Source: an uncultured Bacteriovoracaceae bacterium
GTDB lineage: Bacteria > Desulfobacterota > Desulfomonilia > UBA1062
Direction: 5' to 3'
Length of the DNA stretch: 64,000 nucleotides
Assembly: GCA_964572405.1 (NCBI GenBank)
Contig: CAZNGL010000002.1
Span: 1,061 to 65,060 of the forward strand
In this document: piece by piece, positions 9,500 through 18,134 of the stretch
How the letters are laid out: each line of letters begins with the position of its first letter
Position numbering within the stretch: the stretch's first letter is position 1
Notes under the pieces: generated by a model
Database searches by the model: none
What the model was told of the DNA's origin: nothing
What the model saw: only the letters and a program-made list of their open reading frames with translations
Made by a program: the position numbers and the translations under genes

Positions 9500-11761
9500 G
9501 TGGTCGTGACACGCACCCGCAGGTTCATCATCGGGGGCATCTGCGCCCTCGCGCTCCTTGGCATGCTGCTGCTTGCCGTCTGGACCGCGAATGCCTACCG
9601 GGAGATGAGGAGGATCCAGACCGGCACCCTGTGGCGGCTGCCCACCAGGGTGTATGCGGCCCCATTCGAGCTCTCTCCCGGCATGGACATCGCCCGGGCC
9701 GGTCTCACGGAGAGGCTTGCGCACCTGAGATACCGCAGGATGGAGCAGGCTGGCTCGCCAGGCCAGTACAGTACCACCCCCGGCCGCATGGTGATCCGAA
9801 GGCGCCGGTTCGTGGACGCCCATGGCGACCATCCGTCCGCCAGGGTGGAGCTCGACCTGGAGGGAAGCCGTATCAGGAGGGTGCTTTCCGGGGATTCGCG
9901 GCAGGAGGTTTCTTCGGCGCGGATCGAGCCCGAATGCATCGCAACCCTGTACGACGGCGGGTACGAGGACCGCGAGATCGTGTCCCTGAAGGACTGTCCG
10001 CCCGTGCTCATCGATGCCCTGCTGAGCGTGGAGGACCGCAGGTTCCGGGAGCATCCGGGCATCGATGTACGGGCCATGGCCAGGGCCCTGCTGGCGGACC
10101 TGTTCAGCGCCCGGGTGGTGGAGGGCGGATCCACCATCACCCAGCAGCTCGTGAAGAACCTGTTCCTCTCCCACGAGAGGACCCTCGGCCGCAAGCTGAA
10201 GGAGGCCTGGCTCGCGCTCATCATGGAGACGGCCTTCACCAAGGACGAGATCCTCGCCCTGTACCTCAACGAGATCTATCTCGGCCGCAGCGGGTATGCG
10301 GGTATCCACGGGTTCGCCAGGGCCTCGAGGCTGTTCTTCGACAAGGAGGTGTCCTCCCTCGACCTGCACGAGGCCGCCCTGCTGGCGGGCATCGTGCGCT
10401 CGCCGAACCGCTACTCGCCCTATACCCACCCGAAGGCCGCCCTGGACCGCAGGAATACCGTGCTCACGCTCATGCACGACCAGGGGAGGGTGTCGTCACG
10501 GAGCTGCCGGGAGGCCCTGAAGAAGCCGCTGGGCGTGGTGCCCTTCACCCCGGCCGTGCGGCAGGCCCCCTACTTCGTCGATTACGTGGTCTCTGCGCTG
10601 CGCAGGATGTTCCCGGGTGAAGAGGGGGCAGTGACGTCGGGGCTGAACGTCTACACCACCCTGGACATGCACGCGCAGCGCACGGCCGAGGACGCCGTCC
10701 GCAGGACAGTCGCCTCCATGCCCGCACGCGTCCAGGCGGCCGTGGTGGTCCTCAGGCCGTCCACCGGGGAGATCCTGGCCATGGTGGGGGGGAGGGACTA
10801 CCGCGTCTCCCAGTTCAACCGGGCCGCAAGCGCCAGGCGGAGCATCGGCTCGCTCATCAAGCCCATGGTCTACTACACGGCCCTGAGGAACGGGTACGCC
10901 CTGTCCAGCCTCGTCGAGGATACCCCGGTGAGTGTCCCCCTGCCCGACGGGAGCGTGTGGTCACCCGTGAACTACGACGGCCGGAGCCATGGGGAGGTGC
11001 TGCTGGTGGACGGTCTGGCCTTCTCCCACAACCAGGCCACGGTCCGGCTCGGGCTCGATGTGGGCCTGGACCGGGTGGTGGCCGAGGCGAAGAAGGTCAT
11101 GCCTCAGACCCGGGTACCGGCGCACCCGTCCGTGCTCCTGGGGGCAGTGGACTGTTCGCCCCTGGACGTGGCCCTGATGTATGCGGTCTTCGCCGGCAGG
11201 GGCATGCGGCCCGGGGTGTCGGCGATCACGGCCGTCCTCGACGGGCACGGCGCGGTCCTCCACAGCGCCGGGCCGAACCCTGGCGAGCGCGTCCTGGACG
11301 AGGGGGCAACGTATCTCGTGAGTGCCGCCCTCCGGGAGGCCATGAGGAGGGGGACCGCCAGGGCCGCCCATGCCTACGGGGTCCCGGCCGGGGTGTGCGG
11401 CAAGACCGGCACCACCAACGACCTGCGGGACTCCTGGTTTGCCGCGTACACAGAGGATGTCGTCACCGTGGCATGGATGGGGGACGACTCCTTCCGGTCC
11501 ATCGGGCTCAGCGGCGCCCAGGGGGCCCTGCCCGTGGCTGCGAGGATCATGGCCCGGATCGCCTCCCCCGCGGTCTCTCATGCCCCCGAGGGGATCGCCT
11601 TCTGCGAGGTGGACCCGGTGAACGGCAAGCGGGCCACCGCATGGACCGCATCGCCCCTGACCCTGCCTTTCATTGCGGGGACCCAGCCCGAGCAGGAGTC
11701 CACCGAGGGCATGCCCGGACTCTTCAAGGTGCTGCGCTCCCTGTTCAGGTTCGACAGGTAG
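9500..11761 (+). CDS. Class A penicillin-binding protein (bifunctional glycosyltransferase/transpeptidase, PBP1C-like length)
   Basis: GT51 motifs EDRRFREHPGID and GGSTITQQLVKN. Transpeptidase SIGSLIK (SxxK), SHN, KTGTT. Short cytoplasmic N-terminus plus a TM helix. Start ambiguous (TTG 9467 / GTG 9500-9506). Confidence 0.85.
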   Translation: MVVTRTRRFIIGGICALALLGMLLLAVWTANAYREMRRIQTGTLWRLPTRVYAAPFELSPGMDIARAGLTERLAHLRYRRMEQAGSPGQYSTTPGRMVIRRRRFVDAHGDHPSARVELDLEGSRIRRVLSGDSRQEVSSARIEPECIATLYDGGYEDREIVSLKDCPPVLIDALLSVEDRRFREHPGIDVRAMARALLADLFSARVVEGGSTITQQLVKNLFLSHERTLGRKLKEAWLALIMETAFTKDEILALYLNEIYLGRSGYAGIHGFARASRLFFDKEVSSLDLHEAALLAGIVRSPNRYSPYTHPKAALDRRNTVLTLMHDQGRVSSRSCREALKKPLGVVPFTPAVRQAPYFVDYVVSALRRMFPGEEGAVTSGLNVYTTLDMHAQRTAEDAVRRTVASMPARVQAAVVVLRPSTGEILAMVGGRDYRVSQFNRAASARRSIGSLIKPMVYYTALRNGYALSSLVEDTPVSVPLPDGSVWSPVNYDGRSHGEVLLVDGLAFSHNQATVRLGLDVGLDRVVAEAKKVMPQTRVPAHPSVLLGAVDCSPLDVALMYAVFAGRGMRPGVSAITAVLDGHGAVLHSAGPNPGERVLDEGATYLVSAALREAMRRGTARAAHAYGVPAGVCGKTGTTNDLRDSWFAAYTEDVVTVAWMGDDSFRSIGLSGAQGALPVAARIMARIASPAVSHAPEGIAFCEVDPVNGKRATAWTASPLTLPFIAGTQPEQESTEGMPGLFKVLRSLFRFDR

Positions 11762-11830
11762 CTCTGTGGCGCCGCACCGGCGCTGATTGCCCTTGCCCTT
11801 GTCCGCGTTCCCGTCGTATGCTCCCTGGGC

Positions 11831-12091
11831 ATGGATTTCCGGAAAGACCACTGCGCCTGGTGCGCCATGAGGGACGGTCCCATCGAGGACTGCGGACCCT
11901 GCCCCAAGTACCGGCGCCACGCCCTCGGGCTCGACGGGGCCCTGACCATGGATGCCTTCTGCGGCGTCTGCATCCACCGCGGCGAGAGCGGGCTCGAGGT
12001 CTTCTGCCGGACCAACCGGTTCCTCCAGGAGGACAGCGGTGAGGACTTTGACTGCTACCGGTTCAGCATCAAGCCCCTCACAGGCGGCTAA
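11831..12091 (+). CDS. Small Cys-rich hypothetical protein (possible zinc ribbon)
   Basis: 86 aa with three CxxC pairs (CAWC, CGPC, CGVC). No strong RBS. Confidence 0.25.
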   Translation: MDFRKDHCAWCAMRDGPIEDCGPCPKYRRHALGLDGALTMDAFCGVCIHRGESGLEVFCRTNRFLQEDSGEDFDCYRFSIKPLTGG

Positions 12092-12149
12092 TCTTTTCCT
12101 GTACATTCCCGAAACAGCCCTGTAGGAGGGCAGCAACAGGACGTCAGCC

Positions 12150-12758
12150 ATGTGGTGGAAGAAGAAAAGGCAAAACGGCGACTTCTTTGCGCTCCTCCAC
12201 GAACAGGGGGGCAAGACCCTGGAGGGCCTGTGCGCCCTGTGCAGGTTCGTGGAGAACAGCACCCGGGAGAACGCCGAGCAGGTCAAGGACATCGAGACAG
12301 AGGCCGACGACCTCCGCAGGATCATCATCGACCATCTCAACCAGACCTTCATCACCCCCATCGACCGGGAAGACATCTTCTCCCTGTCCCGGGCCATCGA
12401 CGACGTCATGGACTACGCCTGCTCCACGGTGTACGAGATGCAGATCTACAAGGTGACGGCCGACGAGCACATCAGCGCCATGACCGAGATCCTCAAGAAG
12501 GAGTGCAAGGAGCTCATCGCGGCGCTGAAGAACCTCAGACACTACCCCAACGTGGCCATGGAACACGCCAGGGAGGCCAAGGCCTACGAGAACAAGATGG
12601 AAAAGGAGTACCGCAGGGCCCTGGCCGACCTCTTCGAAGGGACCGACCCGGTGTACATGCTCAAGATGCGGGAGATCTACCGGCACCTGAGCAATGCCGC
12701 CGACCGGGGTGACGAGGCGGCGAACATCATCAGTGACATCATCGTCAAGATGACCTGA
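12150..12758 (+). CDS. DUF47-family protein (PhoU-like, YkaA-type)
   Basis: 202 aa. Hallmark motifs ETEADDLRR and ITPIDREDIFSLSRAIDDVMD. Confidence 0.6.
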   Translation: MWWKKKRQNGDFFALLHEQGGKTLEGLCALCRFVENSTRENAEQVKDIETEADDLRRIIIDHLNQTFITPIDREDIFSLSRAIDDVMDYACSTVYEMQIYKVTADEHISAMTEILKKECKELIAALKNLRHYPNVAMEHAREAKAYENKMEKEYRRALADLFEGTDPVYMLKMREIYRHLSNAADRGDEAANIISDIIVKMT

Positions 12759-12876
12759 ACCCGCGGCGAAGGGCGCCCGGCCGAACTGAGAACTTGGAAT
12801 TTCGCACAGGGAATGCTACATCTTCCGGTATTGTTTTCGGAGGGATCTTTTCCCTCACCTGCATGAAGGGGGATAT

Positions 12877-14361
12877 ATGAACCTGTATTCGTGGCTGCGC
12901 ACGCACGCAAAGGAGCGTCCCGGCAAGACCGCCATCCGTTTCCGAGACCAGGAGATCTCCTTCTCGGAGCTCTACCGGCTCACCGACTCACTGGGCACGG
13001 CGCTGCGCAAGGCTGGCATCGGCAGGGACGACCACGTGACCCTCATGCTGCCCAACATGCCGGAATTCGTCGTCACCTACATGGCCACCGTCGGGATCGG
13101 CGCGGTGGTGACCACGGTGAACCCGGCCTACACCGCGCGCGAGCTCAGGCACATCCTGAGCGATTCACAGTCCAGGGCCCTCATCATCGAGGTCGGCAAC
13201 CAGGAGACCTATGATGCCATCGCCCGGGAGGTCCCCCAGGACGTGCTCATCACGGTGGGCAGCGGGGGCACCTTCCCGGGGTGGGTCTCGGGCAGGGGCA
13301 GCGGCATCGAGGAGGAGAGGGAGCCGGACGACGTGGCGGTCATGATCTACTCGTCCGGGCTGACCGGCTACCCCATGGGCGCCCAGCTCACCCAGAGGAA
13401 CCTGGACCACAATTCGGACCTCCTGCGCGTCTGCATGGAAGCCGACGACACGGACACCACGCTCACCCTCATCCCCTGCTTCCACTCCTTCAGCGCCAGC
13501 GTGAACATGCTCTCCATGCTCCGCTACGGCGGCACCATGCACCTCATGAAGAAGATCGACTTCAAGGAGCTCAGAGCCGTCCTCACCGGGGGAGGGATCA
13601 CCGCCATCTGCGCCGTGCCAACCCTCTTCTTCGGGCTGGTGCACCACCCCGAGATGCAGGACGTGGATTACGCAGCAGTACGGACCCTCATCGCCGGGGG
13701 CTCGGCCCTGCCCCTCGAGGTGTACGAGTCCTTCAGGGAGAAATTCCACACGGAGATCCGGCAGGGCTACGGCATCACCGAGGCCTCGCCGGTATGCTCG
13801 GTGAACCAGAAGTACCGCCCCATCAAGCCGTCCACCATCGGGCAGACCGTTCCCGGGGTGTCCGTGCGGGTGGTGGACGACGGCGGCAGGGAGCTCGGCC
13901 CCGGGGAGACCGGCGAGCTCATGTTCAAGGGGCCCAACGTCATGAAGGGTTATTACCGCAGGGAGAAGGAGACCGCCGAGATCCTCACGGACGGGTGGCT
14001 CCACACCGGAGACCTCGGGTACGTGGACGGGGAGGGGTACATCACCATCACCGGGTACAAGAAGGACATGGTCATCACCTCGGGCTTCAACGTCTACACG
14101 AGGGAGGTGACAAACGTCCTCAACACGCTGCCCGGCGTGCGCGACTCGGCCATCATCGGCGAGCCGGACCTCATGCGTGGCGCCATCATCAAGGCCTATG
14201 TGGTGGCCGACAGCAGGGACCTGAGCGAGGACGACGTGAAGAGGTTCGCCCGCAAGCACCTGGCGTCCTTCAAGACCCCCCGGAAGGTGGTGTTCGTCCC
14301 CGAGATCCCCCGGGACGACAGGGGAAAGGTCATCCAGGATCTCCTCAGGGACACCCCGTGA
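12877..14361 (+). CDS. AMP-binding (acyl-CoA synthetase / adenylate-forming) enzyme with atypical P-loop
   Basis: 494 aa. GYGITEASP, TGDLGYVDGEGYITITGYKKD and a C-terminal GK (A10 lysine). The phosphate loop reads YSSGLTGYPMG, whereas the canonical form is (T/S)SG(T/S)TGxPKG. AAGGGGGA RBS. Confidence 0.75.
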   Translation: MNLYSWLRTHAKERPGKTAIRFRDQEISFSELYRLTDSLGTALRKAGIGRDDHVTLMLPNMPEFVVTYMATVGIGAVVTTVNPAYTARELRHILSDSQSRALIIEVGNQETYDAIAREVPQDVLITVGSGGTFPGWVSGRGSGIEEEREPDDVAVMIYSSGLTGYPMGAQLTQRNLDHNSDLLRVCMEADDTDTTLTLIPCFHSFSASVNMLSMLRYGGTMHLMKKIDFKELRAVLTGGGITAICAVPTLFFGLVHHPEMQDVDYAAVRTLIAGGSALPLEVYESFREKFHTEIRQGYGITEASPVCSVNQKYRPIKPSTIGQTVPGVSVRVVDDGGRELGPGETGELMFKGPNVMKGYYRREKETAEILTDGWLHTGDLGYVDGEGYITITGYKKDMVITSGFNVYTREVTNVLNTLPGVRDSAIIGEPDLMRGAIIKAYVVADSRDLSEDDVKRFARKHLASFKTPRKVVFVPEIPRDDRGKVIQDLLRDTP

Positions 14362-15260
14362 AGCCATGCACGCTGTGCCCGAGGCGGTGCGGGGTTGACC
14401 GCGACCGGGCCAGGGGTGCCTGCAGGTCCTCACGCGAGGTCCTCGTGGGAGCCGTGGTCGTCCACCGGGGCGAGGAGCCCCCGCTGGTGGCGGGTGCAGG
14501 GTCGGGGGCCGTGTTCTTCTGCGGATGTCCCATGCGGTGCAGCTACTGCCAGAACGCCCAGATCAGCCAGCGCTGCCAGGGCCGGCCCATGGGGACCTTG
14601 GAGCTGGCCGAGGCAATGCTGCGGCTCGAAGGTGCGGGCTGCTCGAACATCAACCTGGTGAGCCCTACCCACTACACCCCCTGGGTCTGTGACGCCGTCG
14701 CCTCCGCGCGGACGCGGGGCCTGAAGGTGCCCGTCCTCGTGAATTCCAGCGGCTACGAGACCAGGGAGTGCCTCGAGGTCTGGAGGGAGCATGCCCAGAT
14801 CTTCCTCATGGACCTCAAGTACGGGGACAACGCCACGGGCAGCGCCCTGAGCGGGGTGGACGATTACTGGGATGCGGCACGCCAGGCCATCTCCTATCTG
14901 TACGGGGCCATCGGACCGCTCGTGAACGATCCTGCGGGCAGGGCCGTGCAGGGGCTCATGGTGAGGCACCTCGTGCTGCCGGGCATGCGCTCAAACCCCT
15001 TTGCGGTCCTCGAATTCCTCGCCGGCCTCTCCACGGGGATCCCCCTGAGCCTCATGTCCCAGTACAACCCTGTCCATTACCGGGGGGACCTGCCCGACAT
15101 GCGTCGCCGCATCACCCCCGAGGAGTACCGGGTGGTGCTGGACAGGGCGGAGGAACTCGGGTTCGAGACCGTGTTCTGCCAGGACCTGGATGCCGCGAAC
15201 ACCTACAACCCGGACTTCGATGCGGATCACCCCTTCGACGACCTGCCCAGACTCCTCTGA
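14358..15260 (+). CDS. Radical SAM protein, pyruvate formate-lyase activase-like (PflX/COG1313-type)
   Basis: GTG start overlapping the upstream stop (GTGA). CPMRCSYC = Cx3Cx2C radical-SAM cluster. About 300 aa. Confidence 0.75.
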   Translation: MKPCTLCPRRCGVDRDRARGACRSSREVLVGAVVVHRGEEPPLVAGAGSGAVFFCGCPMRCSYCQNAQISQRCQGRPMGTLELAEAMLRLEGAGCSNINLVSPTHYTPWVCDAVASARTRGLKVPVLVNSSGYETRECLEVWREHAQIFLMDLKYGDNATGSALSGVDDYWDAARQAISYLYGAIGPLVNDPAGRAVQGLMVRHLVLPGMRSNPFAVLEFLAGLSTGIPLSLMSQYNPVHYRGDLPDMRRRITPEEYRVVLDRAEELGFETVFCQDLDAANTYNPDFDADHPFDDLPRLL

Positions 15261-15325
15261 GCCCCTGCCCCCAGAGAGGGGACCACTTAAATTTTCCACG
15301 TCATATGCCGATAGTGTGAAATGGT

Positions 15326-17047
15326 ATGGCTGTGAAGAACGAACCATGGCATGAGCGCTTTCTCGGCGAGACGCGGGAGCTCTACCATCAGAGGGTGCTC
15401 GCCATCCTCCTGATCGGCATCGTCCTGATCCCGCTCTTCAGCATCCTCGATTACGTGGTGGTGCGGCCCCACTTCCAGCTCTTCCTGCTCTACCGGCTGG
15501 GCTGCGCCTGCATCCTCACGGGCTTCCTCATCCTGTATTTCTCCCAGTGGGGCAGGGCGCTGGCGTACCCCATCTCCATCATCGCATACCTCATCTCGGG
15601 TGCCACCATCACGCTCATGTGCGTGAAGATGGGGGGGTACGACTCGTTCTACTACGTGGGGGTCGTCATGGTCCTGGTGGCGGTCCTGGTCATCCTGCCG
15701 CTGAATGCACTGCAGGGGGCGGTCCTCGGGGTGGTGCTCTACATCGTCTATGCGGTTCCCATCGTGCTTCTTTCCCGGCATACGCCGGAAAACCTGAACG
15801 TCTTCTTCAGCAACAGCTTCTTCTTCGCGTTCTTCATCGTCATCGCCGTGCTGAAGTGCTTCGAGGACACGAGGGCCCGCAAGCGCGAGGTGAAGCTCAA
15901 GAGCGAGATGGATGCCCTGGCGGAACGGCTTTCGTACTATGCACACAATCTCGAGTCAGACGTGGAGAAGCGGGTGAAGCAGCTCGAGGAGTCCGAGCTG
16001 CGGTACCGGGAACTCTACGAGAACATCATCGACATCGTGCTCCTCGTGGACAGAGACTCCCGGATCCTCATGGCCAACCCCCGGTTCTACGAGTTCATCG
16101 GCTCCGCCGACGAGAAGGCCCACACCAATTTCCTGAGCCTGGTGCATCCCTCACAGATGAGCCTGGTGGAGCGCATGATCATCCGGCTCCCCGTGGAGCA
16201 GACCGTGAAGGACCTCCAGTTCAAGATCGTGAACCGGCAGGGCAGGGTGTTCGACGTGGAGTGCAACGCCAAGTGCATCATGAAGGAATACCAGATCGTG
16301 GGGTTCCAGCTCGTGATCCGCGACATCACCGTGCGCAAGCGCCTGGAGAAGGACCTCCTCGAGTCCTACAAGAAGGTGCAGAGCGCCCGGAACGCCACCA
16401 TCCTCGGGCTCGCCAAACTCGCCGAGTACCGGGACGCCGACACGGGCGCCCACCTGGAGCGGATCAGGGAGTACAGCAAGGTGGTGGCCGAGGAACTCGC
16501 CCAGCACAGCGAGTACGCGGGCTACATCACCGCCGACTACATCGAGGACATCTACAATTCCTCCATTCTCCATGACATCGGCAAGGTGGGCATCCCGGAC
16601 GCCATCCTCCTGAAGCCGGGGCGGCTCAATCCCGATGAGTTCGAGGTGGTCAAGCGCCACTCGGCCCTGGGGGGCGAGGCCCTCAAGGAGGTGGAGGCGA
16701 AGATCGAAGGCCAGTCCTTCCTGACGCTCGGCAAGGAGATCGCCTACTACCACCACGAGAAGTGGGACGGGACGGGCTACCCCAGGGGTCTCAAGGGCGA
16801 GCAGATACCCCTGTCGGCCAGGATCGTGGCCCTGGCCGACGTGTACGATGCGCTCACCTCCAAGCGTGTCTACAAGGACGCGTACTCCCACGAGGACGCG
16901 AAGAAGATCATCGTGGAGAGCCGCGGCACCCATTTCGCCCCCGACGTGGTGGACGCGTTCATCAAACACGAGCACACCTTCCGCAGGATCAGGGAAGAAC
17001 TCTTCAAGGACCAGGAACTTCCGGAACACCGCTATTCGGCTGGATGA
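15326..17047 (+). CDS. Membrane-anchored (7TM-type) PAS-domain HD-GYP c-di-GMP phosphodiesterase
   Basis: N-terminal multi-helix hydrophobic region and a PAS-like middle. HD-GYP signature ILHDIGKVGIPD ... YHHEKWDGTGYPRGL. Confidence 0.8.
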   Translation: MAVKNEPWHERFLGETRELYHQRVLAILLIGIVLIPLFSILDYVVVRPHFQLFLLYRLGCACILTGFLILYFSQWGRALAYPISIIAYLISGATITLMCVKMGGYDSFYYVGVVMVLVAVLVILPLNALQGAVLGVVLYIVYAVPIVLLSRHTPENLNVFFSNSFFFAFFIVIAVLKCFEDTRARKREVKLKSEMDALAERLSYYAHNLESDVEKRVKQLEESELRYRELYENIIDIVLLVDRDSRILMANPRFYEFIGSADEKAHTNFLSLVHPSQMSLVERMIIRLPVEQTVKDLQFKIVNRQGRVFDVECNAKCIMKEYQIVGFQLVIRDITVRKRLEKDLLESYKKVQSARNATILGLAKLAEYRDADTGAHLERIREYSKVVAEELAQHSEYAGYITADYIEDIYNSSILHDIGKVGIPDAILLKPGRLNPDEFEVVKRHSALGGEALKEVEAKIEGQSFLTLGKEIAYYHHEKWDGTGYPRGLKGEQIPLSARIVALADVYDALTSKRVYKDAYSHEDAKKIIVESRGTHFAPDVVDAFIKHEHTFRRIREELFKDQELPEHRYSAG

Positions 17048-17135
17048 CCCCCGCTGTCTTCCCCGGGGCCGGCGGGTGTCCTGGAGGGGATGTCAGGCGG
17101 GACCGCGGTCGGATGAGCCCTTCCCCGGCGTGATG

Positions 17136-17696
17136 CTACTGCTCGGGAGCCGCCTCGGGGGACGGGGCCTTGCCGGCGCCGCGGTAGCTCACCAGACGCT
17201 GGGTGATGGTCGCCGCCTTGACGGGTTCCATGTAGGACAGGATGCCGCCAGCCACGTCGCCCTTCAGGCCGAGGAAGACCTCCACCGCCACGTCGGTGTC
17301 CAGGTTGTTCATCAGGTTCGCTGCGGCCCCCGGCTTCATGGAGGAGTAGATTTTCACGAGGTGCTTGATCCTCTCGCTGCTGGCGAACCGGTACGCCGCC
17401 AGGTCGGCCTTGATGGCTGCCTCGACGGCCTCGAGGCGTGCGATCTTTTCCTGGACCTGCTGTTCCAGTTCCTTGAGCTCCTTCTCGCGGGCCTTGAGGC
17501 GTTCCTCCTTCTGGCGGATGATCTCCGCCTGATCGGCCGGGGTCATCCCGATAGGCTGCTGCAGAATGGGCTGGGTCTGGTTCTTCTGGGTTGTCTGGGT
17601 GTCCACCGCCGCCACCGGGGCGGGCCTCACGGCGAGGTAGATGCCCACCAGGGACAGATTGATGATGAGCAGTCCGAGCAGAATCTTCACCTTCAT
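17136..17696 (-). CDS. Flagellar-operon protein with MgtE-N-like domain (YlxF/MotE-like), secreted or membrane anchored
   Basis: N-terminal TM/signal, coiled coil, C-terminal MgtE_N-like segment (PGAAANLMNNLDTDVAVEVFLGL). Sits after fliJ as ylxF does in Bacillus. ATGA overlap with fliJ. Confidence 0.45.
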   Translation of the reverse strand: MKVKILLGLLIINLSLVGIYLAVRPAPVAAVDTQTTQKNQTQPILQQPIGMTPADQAEIIRQKEERLKAREKELKELEQQVQEKIARLEAVEAAIKADLAAYRFASSERIKHLVKIYSSMKPGAAANLMNNLDTDVAVEVFLGLKGDVAGGILSYMEPVKAATITQRLVSYRGAGKAPSPEAAPEQ

Positions 17697-18133
17697 CTCT
17701 TACCTCCAGCCTTTATGACGGCGATCTCGTCCAGGAAGTTCATCTCGTGCTTCCTCTCGATCTCGTCATACCGGGCCTGGTGGATCTCCCTGAGCCGCAT
17801 GATCCCCTTGTGGGCACGTTTCGCCTTCAGGAGTGCTTCACGTTTCTCGTCCACCAAGCGCCCTGCCTTTTCTATGTTCTCGTCGATGCGCGCGATGCCT
17901 TCCTCCAGATGATGGAGGTATGTGTAGTACTGCCGCACCTCTTCCGATGTGACGCCGCCCTGCATCCTGGTCATGAGCTCCGCCCTGAGCACCTCCTTGC
18001 GGATCATGACCTGCTCCCTCATGGCCACGAGCGTGCTCATCTGGCGCTGGGCCTGGGACAGGGCCTGCTGCGCCAGGTTTTCCTGGATCCTCCGCACGTT
18101 CAAAAGGATGGCGAACCTGAACCGGAAGGCCAT
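17693..18133 (-). CDS. fliJ: Flagellar export chaperone FliJ
   Basis: 146-aa coiled-coil protein directly downstream of fliI in conserved order. Confidence 0.65.
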   Translation of the reverse strand: MAFRFRFAILLNVRRIQENLAQQALSQAQRQMSTLVAMREQVMIRKEVLRAELMTRMQGGVTSEEVRQYYTYLHHLEEGIARIDENIEKAGRLVDEKREALLKAKRAHKGIMRLREIHQARYDEIERKHEMNFLDEIAVIKAGGKR

Positions 18134-18134
18134 G

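Noticed and set aside
12759-12876. TGGAATTTCGCACAGGGAATGC upstream of the acyl-adenylate ligase, considered as a sigma-54 promoter.
   Set aside because: The spacing between GG and GC elements is off by 4 nt relative to consensus.
13281-15260. 659-aa ORF spanning the acyl-adenylate ligase region and the radical SAM gene.
   Set aside because: Only its last approximately 300 codons (from GTG 14358) encode the radical SAM protein. The upstream part is an out-of-frame overlap of the ligase gene, with Arg/Gly-rich nonsense.
17048-17135. CCCCGGGG palindrome and GC-rich repeats in the convergent gap between the HD-GYP gene and the flagellar operon, considered as a bidirectional terminator.
   Set aside because: No T/A tract on either side. 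It may still be a Rho-dependent site, but it cannot be called an intrinsic terminator from sequence.
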